Below, in pieces: positions 40,684-50,695 of a stretch of 64,000 nucleotides of DNA. Every line of letters begins with the position of its first letter. Position 1 is the first letter of the stretch. Both the position numbers and the translations under genes were made by a program. The notes beneath the pieces are model-generated. The model made no database searches. It had not been told where the DNA came from and saw only the letters and a list, made by a program, of their open reading frames with translations. The stretch comes from an uncultured bacterium (GTDB taxonomy: Bacteria; Actinomycetota; Coriobacteriia; Coriobacteriales; Coriobacteriaceae), in contig CAJMQJ010000002.1 in the NCBI GenBank assembly GCA_905215525.1, positions 85,227 through 149,226 on the forward strand. Direction: 5' to 3'.

Positions 40684-42194
40684 TGGCTGCACGCTTTGGT
40701 GACATGCTGCTCGAGCAGCGTCGCCGAATGGGCCTTTCCATTCAGCAGGTCGCCAACACCATCAAAATCAGGCCGCAGATCATCGAGTTTTTCGAGACCG
40801 GTAATTTTGCTTCGATGCCGCCGCGTGGCTATGCGCAGGGCATGATTTCGAGCTATGCTCGCTTTTTGGGCCTCAATCCGCGTGAGGTCGTCAATGCCTA
40901 CTTTGACGACCTGATGGCATACGAACGCGAGACGTCGCAGCAGGGCGGTCGTTTCCAGGACGCTGCCGGCTACGTCAATTCGCGTTCCTCTGTCGATAAC
41001 GGGCGCTTTCTGATGGTTCAGGGCGGTCGTTCGACCCGCTATGGACAGCGTCCTCAGCAGGCCGGTTATATTACCGAGACGGGTTCGGGCGAGGAGATTC
41101 GCTCACAGCGTGACCGGTTCCGCAGTACGCCGATGCCCGAGGACCGTGCACTTCCCGCTGCCCGCGGCGTGGCGCGTGACCCTCGTGCCGGCTACGGCGA
41201 CGGCGGCTATTCCGATCGCGGTCACCGTGGTATCTCCACCGGACGCTCTCGCGGTGGCTATGCGGACGCCGACACCACGCAGGTGACGCCGCGTCTTCGC
41301 TCTCAACCACAGCCGTATGGCCAGCGCCCTTCGGCTCCGCGTGCGGGCCAGCGTGGCTATCAAGGTCGCGGTGAACTTGCGCCCCGCTCGGGTCAGCGCA
41401 GCCTTCAGGGCCAGGGTGGCTATCGCGGCCGTTCCGATAGCAATCGTGGTCGTATGCCTCAGGGAGGCGGCCGCAGCAGTTCCAGTCGTGGACGCGGCGG
41501 TTCCCGTGCTCCTCAAAACAACGGGCTCGATCCGCGTATCGTCTACGCCGGTATCGGTGCCGTGGCGTTGCTGCTGATCGTGCTCATCGTGGTACTTCTG
41601 CGCGGCTGCGCATCTTCGACGCCCGAGACCACGCCCGAGACGCCCACTGCTACCAAGACGACGACCAAGAAGTCTTCTAAGAAGACCGAAACGGTCGACG
41701 AGGACGAAGACGCCGATGAGGCGACGGATGAGTCGACCGATTCGGATGCCACCAAGACGACGGCTAAAAAGGAAGAGAACGAGGTAACGAAGGTCAAGGT
41801 CTCCGTTGCCAAGGGAAAGACCGCCTGGATTGAGGTCAAGGTCGACGGTAAGTCGGTCTATGGCGCCCAGGCGACTGGCCCCTTTGAGCAGGAGTACACG
41901 CCCGAGTCCTCGATCGAGATCACCACGTCCAAGCCTTCCGATGTCACCGTTACCAAGAACGGCGAAAAGGTCCGTTACGATACCAAGACCTCGGGCGTGG
42001 CGCGCGTGACGATCACCGTTCCCAAGAAGGAGACGACTGATTCCGAGAATGGTGAAAGTTCTGATGGTACCGACACCACCGATGGTACCGATACCACCGA
42101 CGGTACCGATGCCCAGTCCACGGATGGCGCCGATACCGCAACTGACGGCCAGACGCCCACCGATTCTACCGACTATTCGTACGATAGCTACTAA
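40683..42194 (+). CDS. RodZ-like cytoskeletal protein (N-terminal XRE-type HTH, RG-rich linker, one TM helix, Thr/Asp-rich spacer, C-terminal DUF4115-like domain)
   Basis: N-terminus LEQRRRMGLSIQQVANTIKIRPQIIEFFETGNF…GYAQGMISSYARFLGL matches the RodZ/YmfM pattern. Position upstream of pgsA-cinA-recA, as for B. subtilis ymfM. Confidence 0.65.
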   Translation: MAARFGDMLLEQRRRMGLSIQQVANTIKIRPQIIEFFETGNFASMPPRGYAQGMISSYARFLGLNPREVVNAYFDDLMAYERETSQQGGRFQDAAGYVNSRSSVDNGRFLMVQGGRSTRYGQRPQQAGYITETGSGEEIRSQRDRFRSTPMPEDRALPAARGVARDPRAGYGDGGYSDRGHRGISTGRSRGGYADADTTQVTPRLRSQPQPYGQRPSAPRAGQRGYQGRGELAPRSGQRSLQGQGGYRGRSDSNRGRMPQGGGRSSSSRGRGGSRAPQNNGLDPRIVYAGIGAVALLLIVLIVVLLRGCASSTPETTPETPTATKTTTKKSSKKTETVDEDEDADEATDESTDSDATKTTAKKEENEVTKVKVSVAKGKTAWIEVKVDGKSVYGAQATGPFEQEYTPESSIEITTSKPSDVTVTKNGEKVRYDTKTSGVARVTITVPKKETTDSENGESSDGTDTTDGTDTTDGTDAQSTDGADTATDGQTPTDSTDYSYDSY

Positions 42195-42220
42195 GCCGCT
42201 CGTACGCGAAAGGAAACATC

Positions 42221-42718
42221 TTGGCTAAAGATTCCAGCTTCGACGTCGTGTCCGAGGTCAACATGCAAGAGGTCGACAACGCCTTCCAGCAGGCCACGCG
42301 CGAGATTTCCCAGCGCTATGACCTGAAGGATTCCGGCGCCACGATCGAGCTTTCGAAGGGCGACAAGCTCTTTACAATCAACGCCCCGGCCGACTTTGTC
42401 TCCAAGCAGATCATCGATGTCCTGAGCTCCAAGCTCATCAAGCGCGGCATCGACCTCAAGGCTGTCTCGTGGGATGCTCCGCAGGCGGCATCGGGCGGCA
42501 CCGTGCGCGTGCTCGGCCATATCGTCGAGGGTATCGACCAGGCGACCGCCAAGAAGATCAATAAGGACATCAAGGACCAAAAGCTCAAGGTCAAGGTGAC
42601 CATCGAGGCCGAGAAGCTGCGTGTTTCCTCTGCTTCGAAGGACGCGTTGCAGACCGTTATCCAATTCCTGCGCGACCAGGACTACGGCCAGCCGCTGCAG
42701 TTCACCAACTACCGCTAA
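42221..42718 (+). CDS. yajQ: YajQ-family nucleotide-binding protein (UPF0234)
   Basis: MAKDSSFDVVSEVNMQEVDNAFQQATREISQRYDLKDS… closely matches the conserved YajQ N-terminus. About 165 aa. Confidence 0.85.
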   Translation: MAKDSSFDVVSEVNMQEVDNAFQQATREISQRYDLKDSGATIELSKGDKLFTINAPADFVSKQIIDVLSSKLIKRGIDLKAVSWDAPQAASGGTVRVLGHIVEGIDQATAKKINKDIKDQKLKVKVTIEAEKLRVSSASKDALQTVIQFLRDQDYGQPLQFTNYR

Positions 42719-42745
42719 TATCATTCGAAAGGACTGCTCTCCAAC

Positions 42746-44095
42746 ATGGATACACCGTTGGGCTCCGTGCTCTACATCACCCTCGGGTGCGCTAAGAACG
42801 AGGTTGACACCGACCGCATGCGTTCTCTTTTGACCGCCGCGGGCTACGAGGAGGCATTCGACCCACAGGATGCCGATATCGCCATCGTCAATACATGCTC
42901 GTTCCTCGCCTCCGCAACGTCCGAGAGCATCGAGACCACGCTCGAGCTCGCTAACGAGGTTCAGGACGGCGTTCGTTCTTGTCCCATCGTCATGTGCGGC
43001 TGTGTGCCGTCGCGCTATGGCGACGACCTGCCCGATGAACTGCCCGAGGTCTCTGCCTTTGTGAAGGCCGACGAGGAGGACGGCATCGTGGCGGTCATCG
43101 ATGGCGTGCTGGGTGTCGAGCGTGTGATCGCTGCCTATATTCCGCAAGTCAAGCGCACTGTCGAGGGCGCCGTTGCTTACGTCAAGATTTCCGATGGCTG
43201 CAACCGCTTCTGCAGCTTCTGCATGATCCCCTATATTCGCGGTCGCTATCATTCGCGCAATGCCGAGAGCATTATCTCCGAGGTGCGCGACCTGGTTGCC
43301 GGCGGTGTGCGCGAGATCGTGCTGATCGGCCAGGACACGGGTATTTGGGGCACCGACTTTGCCGACGAAGACGTCACCGATGGCTCGCCGCGCAATCTGG
43401 CGCAGCTGCTGCGCGCCGTCGCCGAGGCCGTGCGTCCGCAGAACGTCTGGGTCCGTGTGCTCTACCTGCAGCCCGAGGGCATGACTGACGAGCTCATTGA
43501 GACCATTCGTGATACGCCCGAGGTGCTGCCCTATATCGATATCCCCGTGCAGCACTGCGACGCGCGCATCCTCAAGGCTATGCGCCGTTCTGGTTCGCGC
43601 CAGGAGCTCGAGGACCTGTTCCGCGATCTGCGTGAGCGCATCCCCGGCATCGTGATTCGTTCCACGGCCATGGTCGGCTTCCCGACCGAGACCGACGACG
43701 AGTTCCGCGACCTTATCGACTTTATGGACACCGTCGGCTTCGACTACACGAGCGTCTTTGCCTACTCGCAGGAGGAGGGCAGCCTGGCCGCCAAGATGGA
43801 GGGCCAGGTCGATGAAGAGGTCAAGCTCGAGCGCGCCCAAGAGGCCATGGACCTGGCCGAGTCGCTCGGTTTTGCTGCAACTGCCGCACATGTGGGCGAG
43901 CGCGCCCAGGTGATTGTCGACGGTATCGAAGAGACCGAGGACGGCGCCGAGCTGATCGGACATGCCTGGTTCCAGGCGCCTGATTCCGATGGCGCGGTGC
44001 ATCTGGATGCCAGCGAGGCATCTGTGGGCGATATTCTGACGGTCGAGTTTACCGATAGCTTCTGCTATGAGCTTATCGGCCATGTTGTGGAGTAG
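42746..44095 (+). CDS. rimO: Ribosomal protein S12 methylthiotransferase RimO (MiaB family with TRAM domain)
   Basis: UPF0004 domain with conserved Cys. Radical SAM CNRFCSFC. C-terminal TRAM-like domain. Confidence 0.8.
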   Translation: MDTPLGSVLYITLGCAKNEVDTDRMRSLLTAAGYEEAFDPQDADIAIVNTCSFLASATSESIETTLELANEVQDGVRSCPIVMCGCVPSRYGDDLPDELPEVSAFVKADEEDGIVAVIDGVLGVERVIAAYIPQVKRTVEGAVAYVKISDGCNRFCSFCMIPYIRGRYHSRNAESIISEVRDLVAGGVREIVLIGQDTGIWGTDFADEDVTDGSPRNLAQLLRAVAEAVRPQNVWVRVLYLQPEGMTDELIETIRDTPEVLPYIDIPVQHCDARILKAMRRSGSRQELEDLFRDLRERIPGIVIRSTAMVGFPTETDDEFRDLIDFMDTVGFDYTSVFAYSQEEGSLAAKMEGQVDEEVKLERAQEAMDLAESLGFAATAAHVGERAQVIVDGIEETEDGAELIGHAWFQAPDSDGAVHLDASEASVGDILTVEFTDSFCYELIGHVVE

Positions 44096-44104
44096 GAGAG
44101 CGTC

Positions 44105-44743
44105 GTGGCAAACGAGAGCAATAAGGAACTGACGAGTGTTTGGACGCCCGCCAACATCGTGACGTGCGTTCGCATCGTCTTTATCCCGGTGTTCATGATC
44201 GTGTCGGCGCTTTCTCACACGAGTGTTGCCGGTACAGATTGGAGCACCTTCGACGGCCCGCTCGCCGCCGCTGCCTTCATTCTGTACGTCATCCTGTCGT
44301 GCACCGATAAGGTTGACGGCTACCTGGCGCGCTCGCGCAACGAGATTACCGACTTCGGTAAATTCTTGGACCCCATCGCCGACAAGCTGCTCGTATTCTC
44401 GGCCCTGCTGCTATTCTTGGACTTTGGTGCCGTGTCGGTTTGGTCCGTGTTCATCATCTTGTTCCGCGAGCTGCTGGTAAGCGCCCTGCGCATGGTTGCG
44501 AGTGCCGCCGGCGTTGTCGTTGCGGCCGATAAGCTCGGCAAGTACAAGACGGCGACCACGATGGTCTCCATCTGCGGTTACCTGTGCGTCTTTGCGATGG
44601 CCGGCTTGCACCTTGGTCCGCTGGCGCTGACGCTCGGCATCTACTCGGTGTCGCGTTTCCTGTACGCCGTTGCCGTTGTCCTGACCGTTATCTCGGGCGC
44701 CCAGTACTTCTGGAACTGCCGCAAGATCGTCTTTTCGGTCTAG
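44105..44743 (+). CDS. pgsA: CDP-diacylglycerol--glycerol-3-phosphate 3-phosphatidyltransferase
   Basis: CDP-alcohol phosphatidyltransferase motif DKVDGYLAR…G…DPIADK. Confidence 0.9.
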   Translation: MANESNKELTSVWTPANIVTCVRIVFIPVFMIVSALSHTSVAGTDWSTFDGPLAAAAFILYVILSCTDKVDGYLARSRNEITDFGKFLDPIADKLLVFSALLLFLDFGAVSVWSVFIILFRELLVSALRMVASAAGVVVAADKLGKYKTATTMVSICGYLCVFAMAGLHLGPLALTLGIYSVSRFLYAVAVVLTVISGAQYFWNCRKIVFSV

Positions 44744-44749
44744 GTCCTA

Positions 44750-45286
44750 GTGGGTATGACGGACTCTTTTGAGCAGATTTCCGCACATAACGAGGAGCTG
44801 GCGCGTCATATTGTCGAGCGCGCGAGCGCTCGGGGCGTGACGGTTTCGACGGCTGAGTCGCTGACAGCAGGTATGATCGCCTCGACGATTGCCGATATCC
44901 CGGGCGCCTCGGCGGTGCTGCGTGGCGGTGCGGTGACCTACTGCGATGAGATCAAGCATCGCGTTTTGGGTGTTGATCAGGAGACGCTCGACCGCTATAC
45001 CGCGGTGTCGCATCAGACCGCGCGCGAGATGGCGGCGCGTTCGCTGGAGCTGTACCAGAGCGATATTGCAGTGAGCGCAACGGGTTATGCCGGCCCCGGC
45101 GGCGGCACTGAGGACGATCCGGCTGGCACTTTCTATATTGGCTGGGCGTATCGCGCGGCTGATGGGGAAGTGCCGGTCGTGGACTCTGTGCGCTGCCACT
45201 ATGAGGGCGACCGTTCGTGTGTTCGTGCCCATGCGGTCGCGGAGGCATTGGGACGCATTGCCCTTGTGCTTAACTCTATGGAATAG
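44750..45286 (+). CDS. cinA: CinA C-terminal domain protein (PncC-like NMN deamidase)
   Basis: AESLTAGMIAS…AVSATGYAGPGGG, the CinA_C signature. Sits between pgsA and recA. Confidence 0.85.
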   Translation: MGMTDSFEQISAHNEELARHIVERASARGVTVSTAESLTAGMIASTIADIPGASAVLRGGAVTYCDEIKHRVLGVDQETLDRYTAVSHQTAREMAARSLELYQSDIAVSATGYAGPGGGTEDDPAGTFYIGWAYRAADGEVPVVDSVRCHYEGDRSCVRAHAVAEALGRIALVLNSME

Positions 45287-45295
45287 ACGTGTTTT

Positions 45296-45315
45296 AAGGG
45301 GCCTTCGGGCCCCTT
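45296..45315 (+). terminator. GC-rich hairpin after cinA (AAGGGGCC-TTCG-GGCCCCTT), a possible weak terminator
   Basis: Perfect 8 bp stem with a tetraloop, 10 nt after the cinA stop. The flanking U-tract is poor on both strands. Confidence 0.35.
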
Positions 45316-45484
45316 AATTGTGGAGATAGGGACCCCTGACGAATTTAGCGTTTGCGCTGGTCATAGGTGTATTTTTGTCTTTCTTGTTCTTATTTGCCCC
45401 TTTGTGGTCAAGCATTTGGTCAGTGTTTGGTCGGCGTTTGGTTGGGTTTTGGAAAGACTGCCTGCATATGATTGGCCTGAACGG

Positions 45485-45513
45485 TTGACCACGAACAGCC
45501 GTTCGTTTATTAT
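45485..45513 (+). promoter_or_regulatory. recA promoter (TTGACC, 17 bp spacer, TATTAT) with an embedded LexA/Cheo-type SOS box CGAACAGCCGTTCG (45492-45505)
   Basis: The perfect palindrome CGAAC-N4-GTTCG lies inside the spacer of a sigma-70-like -35/-10 pair, about 35 nt upstream of the recA ATG. Confidence 0.7.
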
Positions 45514-45543
45514 CGATGCAGGTTGTTAAGAGGAGGGCTATTC

Positions 45544-46692
45544 ATGGCCAAGAATTCAGGTCCCGTACGTACCGTTCATGCTCGCACGACGGGTAAAGAG
45601 CGCGATGAGATGATCGCCACCACCAAGGCCGAGATCGAGAAGAAGTTCGGTCAAGGCTCCATCATGAGGTATGGTGACGGCGGCCCCGAGCTTGAGGTTG
45701 AGGCCATCCCCACGGGCGCTCTGGCACTCGATGCCGCTCTGGGTATCGGCGGTGTGCCGCGCGGCCGTATCGTCGAGATTTACGGTCCTGAGTCCTCCGG
45801 TAAGACGACGCTTTCGCTCGAGATCCTGGCCGAAGCCCAGGCAATGGGTGGCGTGGTAGCATTTATCGATGCCGAGCACGCGCTCGATCCCACGTATGCC
45901 GCGCGCATTGGCGTGGATATCGACGAGGTACTGATTTCCCAGCCTGATACGGGTGAGCAGGCGCTCGAGATTGTTGACATGCTCGTGCGTTCCGGCGCCA
46001 TCGATGCCATCGTCGTCGACTCCGTCGCCGCGCTGACCCCGCGTGCCGAGATCGAGGGAGAGATCGGCGATACCACGGTCGGATTGCAAGCTCGTCTGAT
46101 GAGTCAGGCGCTCCGCAAGCTCGCCGGCTCGCTGTCCAAGTCCAACACGACATGCATCTTCATTAACCAGCTGCGAGAGAAGATCGGCGTCATGTTCGGC
46201 AACCCCGAGACCACGACGGGCGGCCGCGCCCTTAAGTTCTTCTCTTCGGTGCGTATCGACATTCGCCGCATCGACAGCATTAAGCTTAAGGATGAGGTTA
46301 TCGGTAACCGCGTGCGCGCCAAGGTCGTTAAGAACAAGGTGGCAGCTCCGTTCCGTTCTGCTGAGTTCGACATCATGTACGGTACGGGCATCTCTAAGGA
46401 GGGCTCGATTCTGGACATGGCTGTCGAGTGCGGCATTTGCAAGAAGATGGGCTCCTGGTTTGCCTATGGCGAGGACAAGCTCGGCAACGGTCGCGAGGCC
46501 GCCAAGGCGTTCCTGCGCGAACACCCCGATTGCGCCGACGAGATTGAGCATAAGGTCCGCCTTGCCTGCGGGCTTGAGTTTGATGACGATGCTCCGTCCG
46601 AGGTCGAGCTGACCGATCAGCCTGCGCCTGAGGAGTTTGACGAGCTTTACGCCATCGATGGTTCCGCCATGCTCGATGATGACGACGAGTAG
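45544..46692 (+). CDS. recA: Recombinase RecA
   Basis: Walker [10 protein letters not shown] and L1/L2 loops. Start trimmed to MAKNSGP after AAGAGGAGGG. Confidence 0.97.
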   Translation: MAKNSGPVRTVHARTTGKERDEMIATTKAEIEKKFGQGSIMRYGDGGPELEVEAIPTGALALDAALGIGGVPRGRIVEIYGPESSGKTTLSLEILAEAQAMGGVVAFIDAEHALDPTYAARIGVDIDEVLISQPDTGEQALEIVDMLVRSGAIDAIVVDSVAALTPRAEIEGEIGDTTVGLQARLMSQALRKLAGSLSKSNTTCIFINQLREKIGVMFGNPETTTGGRALKFFSSVRIDIRRIDSIKLKDEVIGNRVRAKVVKNKVAAPFRSAEFDIMYGTGISKEGSILDMAVECGICKKMGSWFAYGEDKLGNGREAAKAFLREHPDCADEIEHKVRLACGLEFDDDAPSEVELTDQPAPEEFDELYAIDGSAMLDDDDE

Positions 46693-46703
46693 CGGTTACG
46701 CTC

Positions 46704-47396
46704 ATGTCGTATACGGTGACCGAGGCCACGGTCGTCTTTCCCGATAAGAAGGCGGCCTCCTCGTTCTCGAGCGGGTATGCGTCCAAAAAGCCTTGCGCAC
46801 ATATCGATTGTGAGCTTGAGGGCGGTTTTGAGCGGTCCATTTGGATTCCCGTGCGGGTCGCGCGCCTGTATGTCAAAAATCGCCCAGATCTTCCCTGTGA
46901 TTGGGATAACTTTCGTGAAGCGGTGCAGCTCATCGAGCGTAAATGTGCACTTACCATGGTGACCGAGATGCTATCGCGACGCGACCATGCGACGGGTGAG
47001 GTCCGTGACAAGTTGTCACGCTACGGCTTTCGCCAGCCCGCGATCGATTTCGCCGTCGAGCGCGCCACCGAGTATCGCTTTTTAGACGAGAACCGCTTTT
47101 GCTCGTACTTTATCGAGGAACGCAAGCGGCGCGGTTGGGGACAGCGTAAAATCGAGACCGAGCTCAAGCGCCGTCATGTCGTGCTCGATGACATTCCCGG
47201 TTATCCCGAGGATTATTTTGCCGTCGAAGACGATTCGGCGCGTGCGTCAGCCCTGCTCGCCAAGCGGCGTGTTCCAGAGACGCGCGGATTCGAAAAACTG
47301 GTTCGGTTTTTGATGGGCAAGGGCTTCTCGTATCACATCGCCGCCGATGCCGTTAAGGCACGTCTCGATGCCGAACGTGAGGAATGTGCGGTTTAG
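46704..47396 (+). CDS. recX: RecA regulator RecX
   Basis: Three-helix repeats (…LSRRDHATGEVRDKLSRYGF…). Immediately downstream of recA. Exact start uncertain. Confidence 0.75.
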   Translation: MSYTVTEATVVFPDKKAASSFSSGYASKKPCAHIDCELEGGFERSIWIPVRVARLYVKNRPDLPCDWDNFREAVQLIERKCALTMVTEMLSRRDHATGEVRDKLSRYGFRQPAIDFAVERATEYRFLDENRFCSYFIEERKRRGWGQRKIETELKRRHVVLDDIPGYPEDYFAVEDDSARASALLAKRRVPETRGFEKLVRFLMGKGFSYHIAADAVKARLDAEREECAV

Positions 47397-47647
47397 GCGT
47401 ATGCGTTTTGTGGCCCTGCCGTTCACCGCGTTTTAGCCGCCGTGCTGGGGCCATTTATTTGACAGTTGTTGTGGTTCAACGTACGATAAACACTGTCATT
47501 TGCTTTGTGATATGTGCTCATCTGTGATGAGTTTGTTTATATGTTTACCTGTATCCGACCCGCATAAGCTGCGCCCATATTACTCAAATGTCGCGAGCCG
47601 TTCGTAAGGACGGTTCGCTTTGTTGTGTAACGAATCCATAAAAAGGA

Positions 47648-49204
47648 GTGAGCATGCCTATCATCGCAGCGCTCGTTGGCATCGTTTTGGGTGCCATCGC
47701 CGCCATTGCCTACATGCGCACCGCCAAGCAGGGTAGTCTTCACGAGGCCGACGAAAAAATCCAGTCGGCACACGCACAGGCTGAGTCCCTGATCGGTGAT
47801 GCTAAGCGTCAGGCCGAGACCCTCAAAAAAGAGGCTCTGCTCGAGGCTAAAGAGGAGATCATCAAGAACAAGCAGGCCGCTGAGGCCGAGGACAAGCAGC
47901 GTAAGAACGAGATTCGTACGCTCGAGAACCGCGTGATGCAGCGCGAGGAATCCCTCGATCGCCGCAACGACGCTCTCGACAAGCGCGAGCATCAGCTGTC
48001 CAGCCAGGCCGGTCAGGTCGAGAAGCGCTCCCGTGAGCTCGAGGAGCTCTGCGCAAAGCAGACCTCCGAGCTCGAGCGTATCGCCGACCTTACCCGCGAG
48101 GACGCCCACAAGGAGCTCCTCGATAAGGTTCGCGGCGAGGTCACCCACGAGGCCGCCACGATCATTCGCGAGTCCGAGCAGCAGGTTCGCGCCGAGTGCC
48201 ACAAGACCGCCCAGGAGATTCTGTCTCTGGCGATTCAGCGCTGCGCTGCCGATCACACTGCCGAGGTCACCGTTACCTCCGTGCACATTCCCTCTGATGA
48301 CCTCAAGGGCCGTATCATCGGTCGCGAGGGTCGCAACATCCGGACCTTCGAGCAGGTTTCCGGCGTCAACCTCGTGATCGACGACACGCCCGAGACCGTC
48401 GTTCTTTCGAGCTTCGACCCGGTCCGTCGTGAGACCGCCCGTGTCGCCCTCGAGAACCTCATCGCCGACGGCCGCATTCACCCTGCCCGTATCGAGGAGA
48501 TGTATCACAAGGCCGCCGACCTGGTTCAGCAGCGCGTGCGCGAGGCTGGCGAGCAGGCTGCCTTCGATACCGGCATCCACGATCTGCACCCCGAGATCGT
48601 CAAGACCCTTGGTGCCCTGCGCTACCGTACCTCGTTTGGTCAGAACGTGCTTCAGCATTCCCTCGAGGTCTCTGATCTGTGCGGCGTGATGGCTTCCGAG
48701 CTTGGCCTGGACGTTGTGACCGCCAAGCGCGCCGGCCTGCTTCATGACCTGGGCAAGGCAATCGACCACGACGTCGAGGGCCCGCATGCCGTCATCGGCG
48801 CCGAGCTTGCCCGCCGTTATGGCGAGAAGCCCGTTATCGTCCACGCTATTGAGGCTCACCATGCCGATGTCGACCCCAACACGGTGCTCGATGTCCTGGT
48901 GCAGGCCGCCGATGCTGTCTCTGCCTCTCGCCCCGGTGCCCGTCGCGAGTCTGCCGAGAACTACATCAAGCGTCTTGAGAAGCTCGAGGAGATCGCCAAC
49001 TCCCATGACGGCGTCGAACGTACCTATGCCATGCAGGCCGGTCGCGAGGTCCACGTCATGGTCCAGCCGGACAAGATCTCCGATGCCCAGTCCACGGTCC
49101 TGGCTCACGATATCGCCCATCAGATCGAGGAAGAGATGGAGTATCCCGGTCAGGTGCGCGTCGTCGTGATTCGCGAGAGCCGCGCTGTCGATATCGCTAA
49201 ATAA
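47648..49204 (+). CDS. rny: Ribonuclease Y
   Basis: N-terminal TM helix, coiled coil, KH domain ([12 protein letters not shown]) and HD domain (HSLEVS…LLHDLGK). Confidence 0.95.
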   Translation: MSMPIIAALVGIVLGAIAAIAYMRTAKQGSLHEADEKIQSAHAQAESLIGDAKRQAETLKKEALLEAKEEIIKNKQAAEAEDKQRKNEIRTLENRVMQREESLDRRNDALDKREHQLSSQAGQVEKRSRELEELCAKQTSELERIADLTREDAHKELLDKVRGEVTHEAATIIRESEQQVRAECHKTAQEILSLAIQRCAADHTAEVTVTSVHIPSDDLKGRIIGREGRNIRTFEQVSGVNLVIDDTPETVVLSSFDPVRRETARVALENLIADGRIHPARIEEMYHKAADLVQQRVREAGEQAAFDTGIHDLHPEIVKTLGALRYRTSFGQNVLQHSLEVSDLCGVMASELGLDVVTAKRAGLLHDLGKAIDHDVEGPHAVIGAELARRYGEKPVIVHAIEAHHADVDPNTVLDVLVQAADAVSASRPGARRESAENYIKRLEKLEEIANSHDGVERTYAMQAGREVHVMVQPDKISDAQSTVLAHDIAHQIEEEMEYPGQVRVVVIRESRAVDIAK

Positions 49205-49205
49205 C

Positions 49206-50291
49206 ATGAGCGACGCGAACGAGCTCATCTCATTTATCGCGTCGATGTCGGGGGAGGGCAACCTTCGCGTCGAGGAGAACCTTGGCGAGGGGTATGTCCG
49301 CCTCCGCGTTTCGGAGGCCGAGCGGCGCCAGGCTAAGCACGACATTCAGCATGTCGAGGACATCGTCATCGAAATGCTCCGTAATGCTCGCGATGCCGGC
49401 GCCGACAAGGTCTATCTCGCCACGACCAAGGAAGCTGGCGTCCGCACGCTTGTCTTTCTGGATAACGGTTCTGGCGTTCCGCAGGATATGCAAGAGCGAA
49501 TCTTTGATGCCCGCGTTACCTCCAAGCTCGAGAGCATGAAGATGGACCGTTGGGGCGTTCACGGTCGTGGCATGGCATTGTTTTCGATTAAGCAGAACAC
49601 CGACGAGGCCCGTGTGGTCACGTCCGGCGTCGATCTTGGTTCAGCCTTCAAGGTGAGCGTTGCGGCCGACCGCCTCAGTGAGCGTGCCGATCAGTCCAGC
49701 TGGCCCCAGGCCGTCAAGGATGAGGACGGACGTTATGTCTGCGCTCGCGGTCCACATAATATTATTCGCGCTGCTTGTGAGTTTGCGCTCGAGGAGTTGC
49801 GTGGTTGCGATGTCTATCTCGGTTCTCCGTCTGAGATTGCCGCGACCCTTTATGCTCAAGCGTCAAGTCGGCTCGATACGTCTCGTCTCCTGTTCATTGA
49901 TGACGAGAGCGAGCTTCCGGTTGTCGATCGTTTAGGCCTTGCTTCTGATGCCGAGGACTTTATCCGTATTTGTTCGGGTTTGGGTCTTGAGATGTCCGAG
50001 CGCACGGCCCATCGCATTTTGGCAGGGCAGATTAAGCCCGTTCGCGGTGTGACCGCGCGTCTGCTGCGCGAGCGTGATTCGTCCTCGCATGCGCCGGCTC
50101 CTGTCGATCTCGCGAAGGATCGTCGCGGGCTACGTATTGCCAAGGATGACATGGCACAGTTTTCGCGCGCTGTGGAACGCGACTTTAATGACCTTGCCAC
50201 CCGGTACTATCTCAACCTTTGCGGCGACCCAAAGATTCGTGTTTCGCGTGATCGAATCACCGTGACCTTTGATCTTGCCAAAGAGGAATAG
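49206..50291 (+). CDS. GHKL-type ATPase domain protein of unknown function (N-terminal HATPase_c-like domain, about 200 aa uncharacterised C-terminus)
   Basis: N-box-like EMLRNARDAGA, D-box LDNGSGVP and G-box GVHGRGMALF. No HisKA/dimerisation domain recognisable. Translationally coupled to rny (stop/start 2 nt apart). Confidence 0.6.
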   Translation: MSDANELISFIASMSGEGNLRVEENLGEGYVRLRVSEAERRQAKHDIQHVEDIVIEMLRNARDAGADKVYLATTKEAGVRTLVFLDNGSGVPQDMQERIFDARVTSKLESMKMDRWGVHGRGMALFSIKQNTDEARVVTSGVDLGSAFKVSVAADRLSERADQSSWPQAVKDEDGRYVCARGPHNIIRAACEFALEELRGCDVYLGSPSEIAATLYAQASSRLDTSRLLFIDDESELPVVDRLGLASDAEDFIRICSGLGLEMSERTAHRILAGQIKPVRGVTARLLRERDSSSHAPAPVDLAKDRRGLRIAKDDMAQFSRAVERDFNDLATRYYLNLCGDPKIRVSRDRITVTFDLAKEE

Positions 50292-50365
50292 TGCCTTTAC
50301 CGAGTCCACTCGGTACGATACAGTTATTGCAGTTAAAACGTACTTTTAAATGCAGGAGTTTCTTC

Positions 50366-50683
50366 ATGGATTGCCTGAAGGTATCAAGCAAATCATCGCC
50401 CGCGTCCGTTGCCGGCGCCATCGCCGGCATGGTCAAGGATGGTGTACCCGTCAACATCCAGTGTGTCGGCGCCGGTGCCGTCAACCAGGCTATTAAGGCC
50501 GTTGCTATCGCGCGCGGTTTTTTGATTCCAACCGGTTTTGATATTTCCTGCGCGCCCGTGTTCTCCGACATCCTCATTAACGGGGAGTCGCGCACGGCCA
50601 TCCGCCTTTCTATCTACGTTCACCAGATCAATCGAGCTGCTATGGATAACGTCGTCATGGATGATGTTAAGCCTGTGGCATAG
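50366..50683 (+). CDS. spoVS: SpoVS-family protein
   Basis: LKVSSKSSPASVAGAIAGMVKDGVPVNIQCVGAGAVNQAIKAVAIARGFL… closely matches the SpoVS consensus. ATG 50366 follows GCAGGAG. The ORF-track start at 50291 was trimmed. Confidence 0.8.
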   Translation: MDCLKVSSKSSPASVAGAIAGMVKDGVPVNIQCVGAGAVNQAIKAVAIARGFLIPTGFDISCAPVFSDILINGESRTAIRLSIYVHQINRAAMDNVVMDDVKPVA

Positions 50684-50695
50684 CTTCTGCTTGCC

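Noticed and set aside
45320-45529. 69 aa ORF covering the recA upstream region
   Set aside because: It spans the recA -35/-10 elements, the SOS box and the phased repeats, and has no RBS. It is better explained as regulatory DNA.
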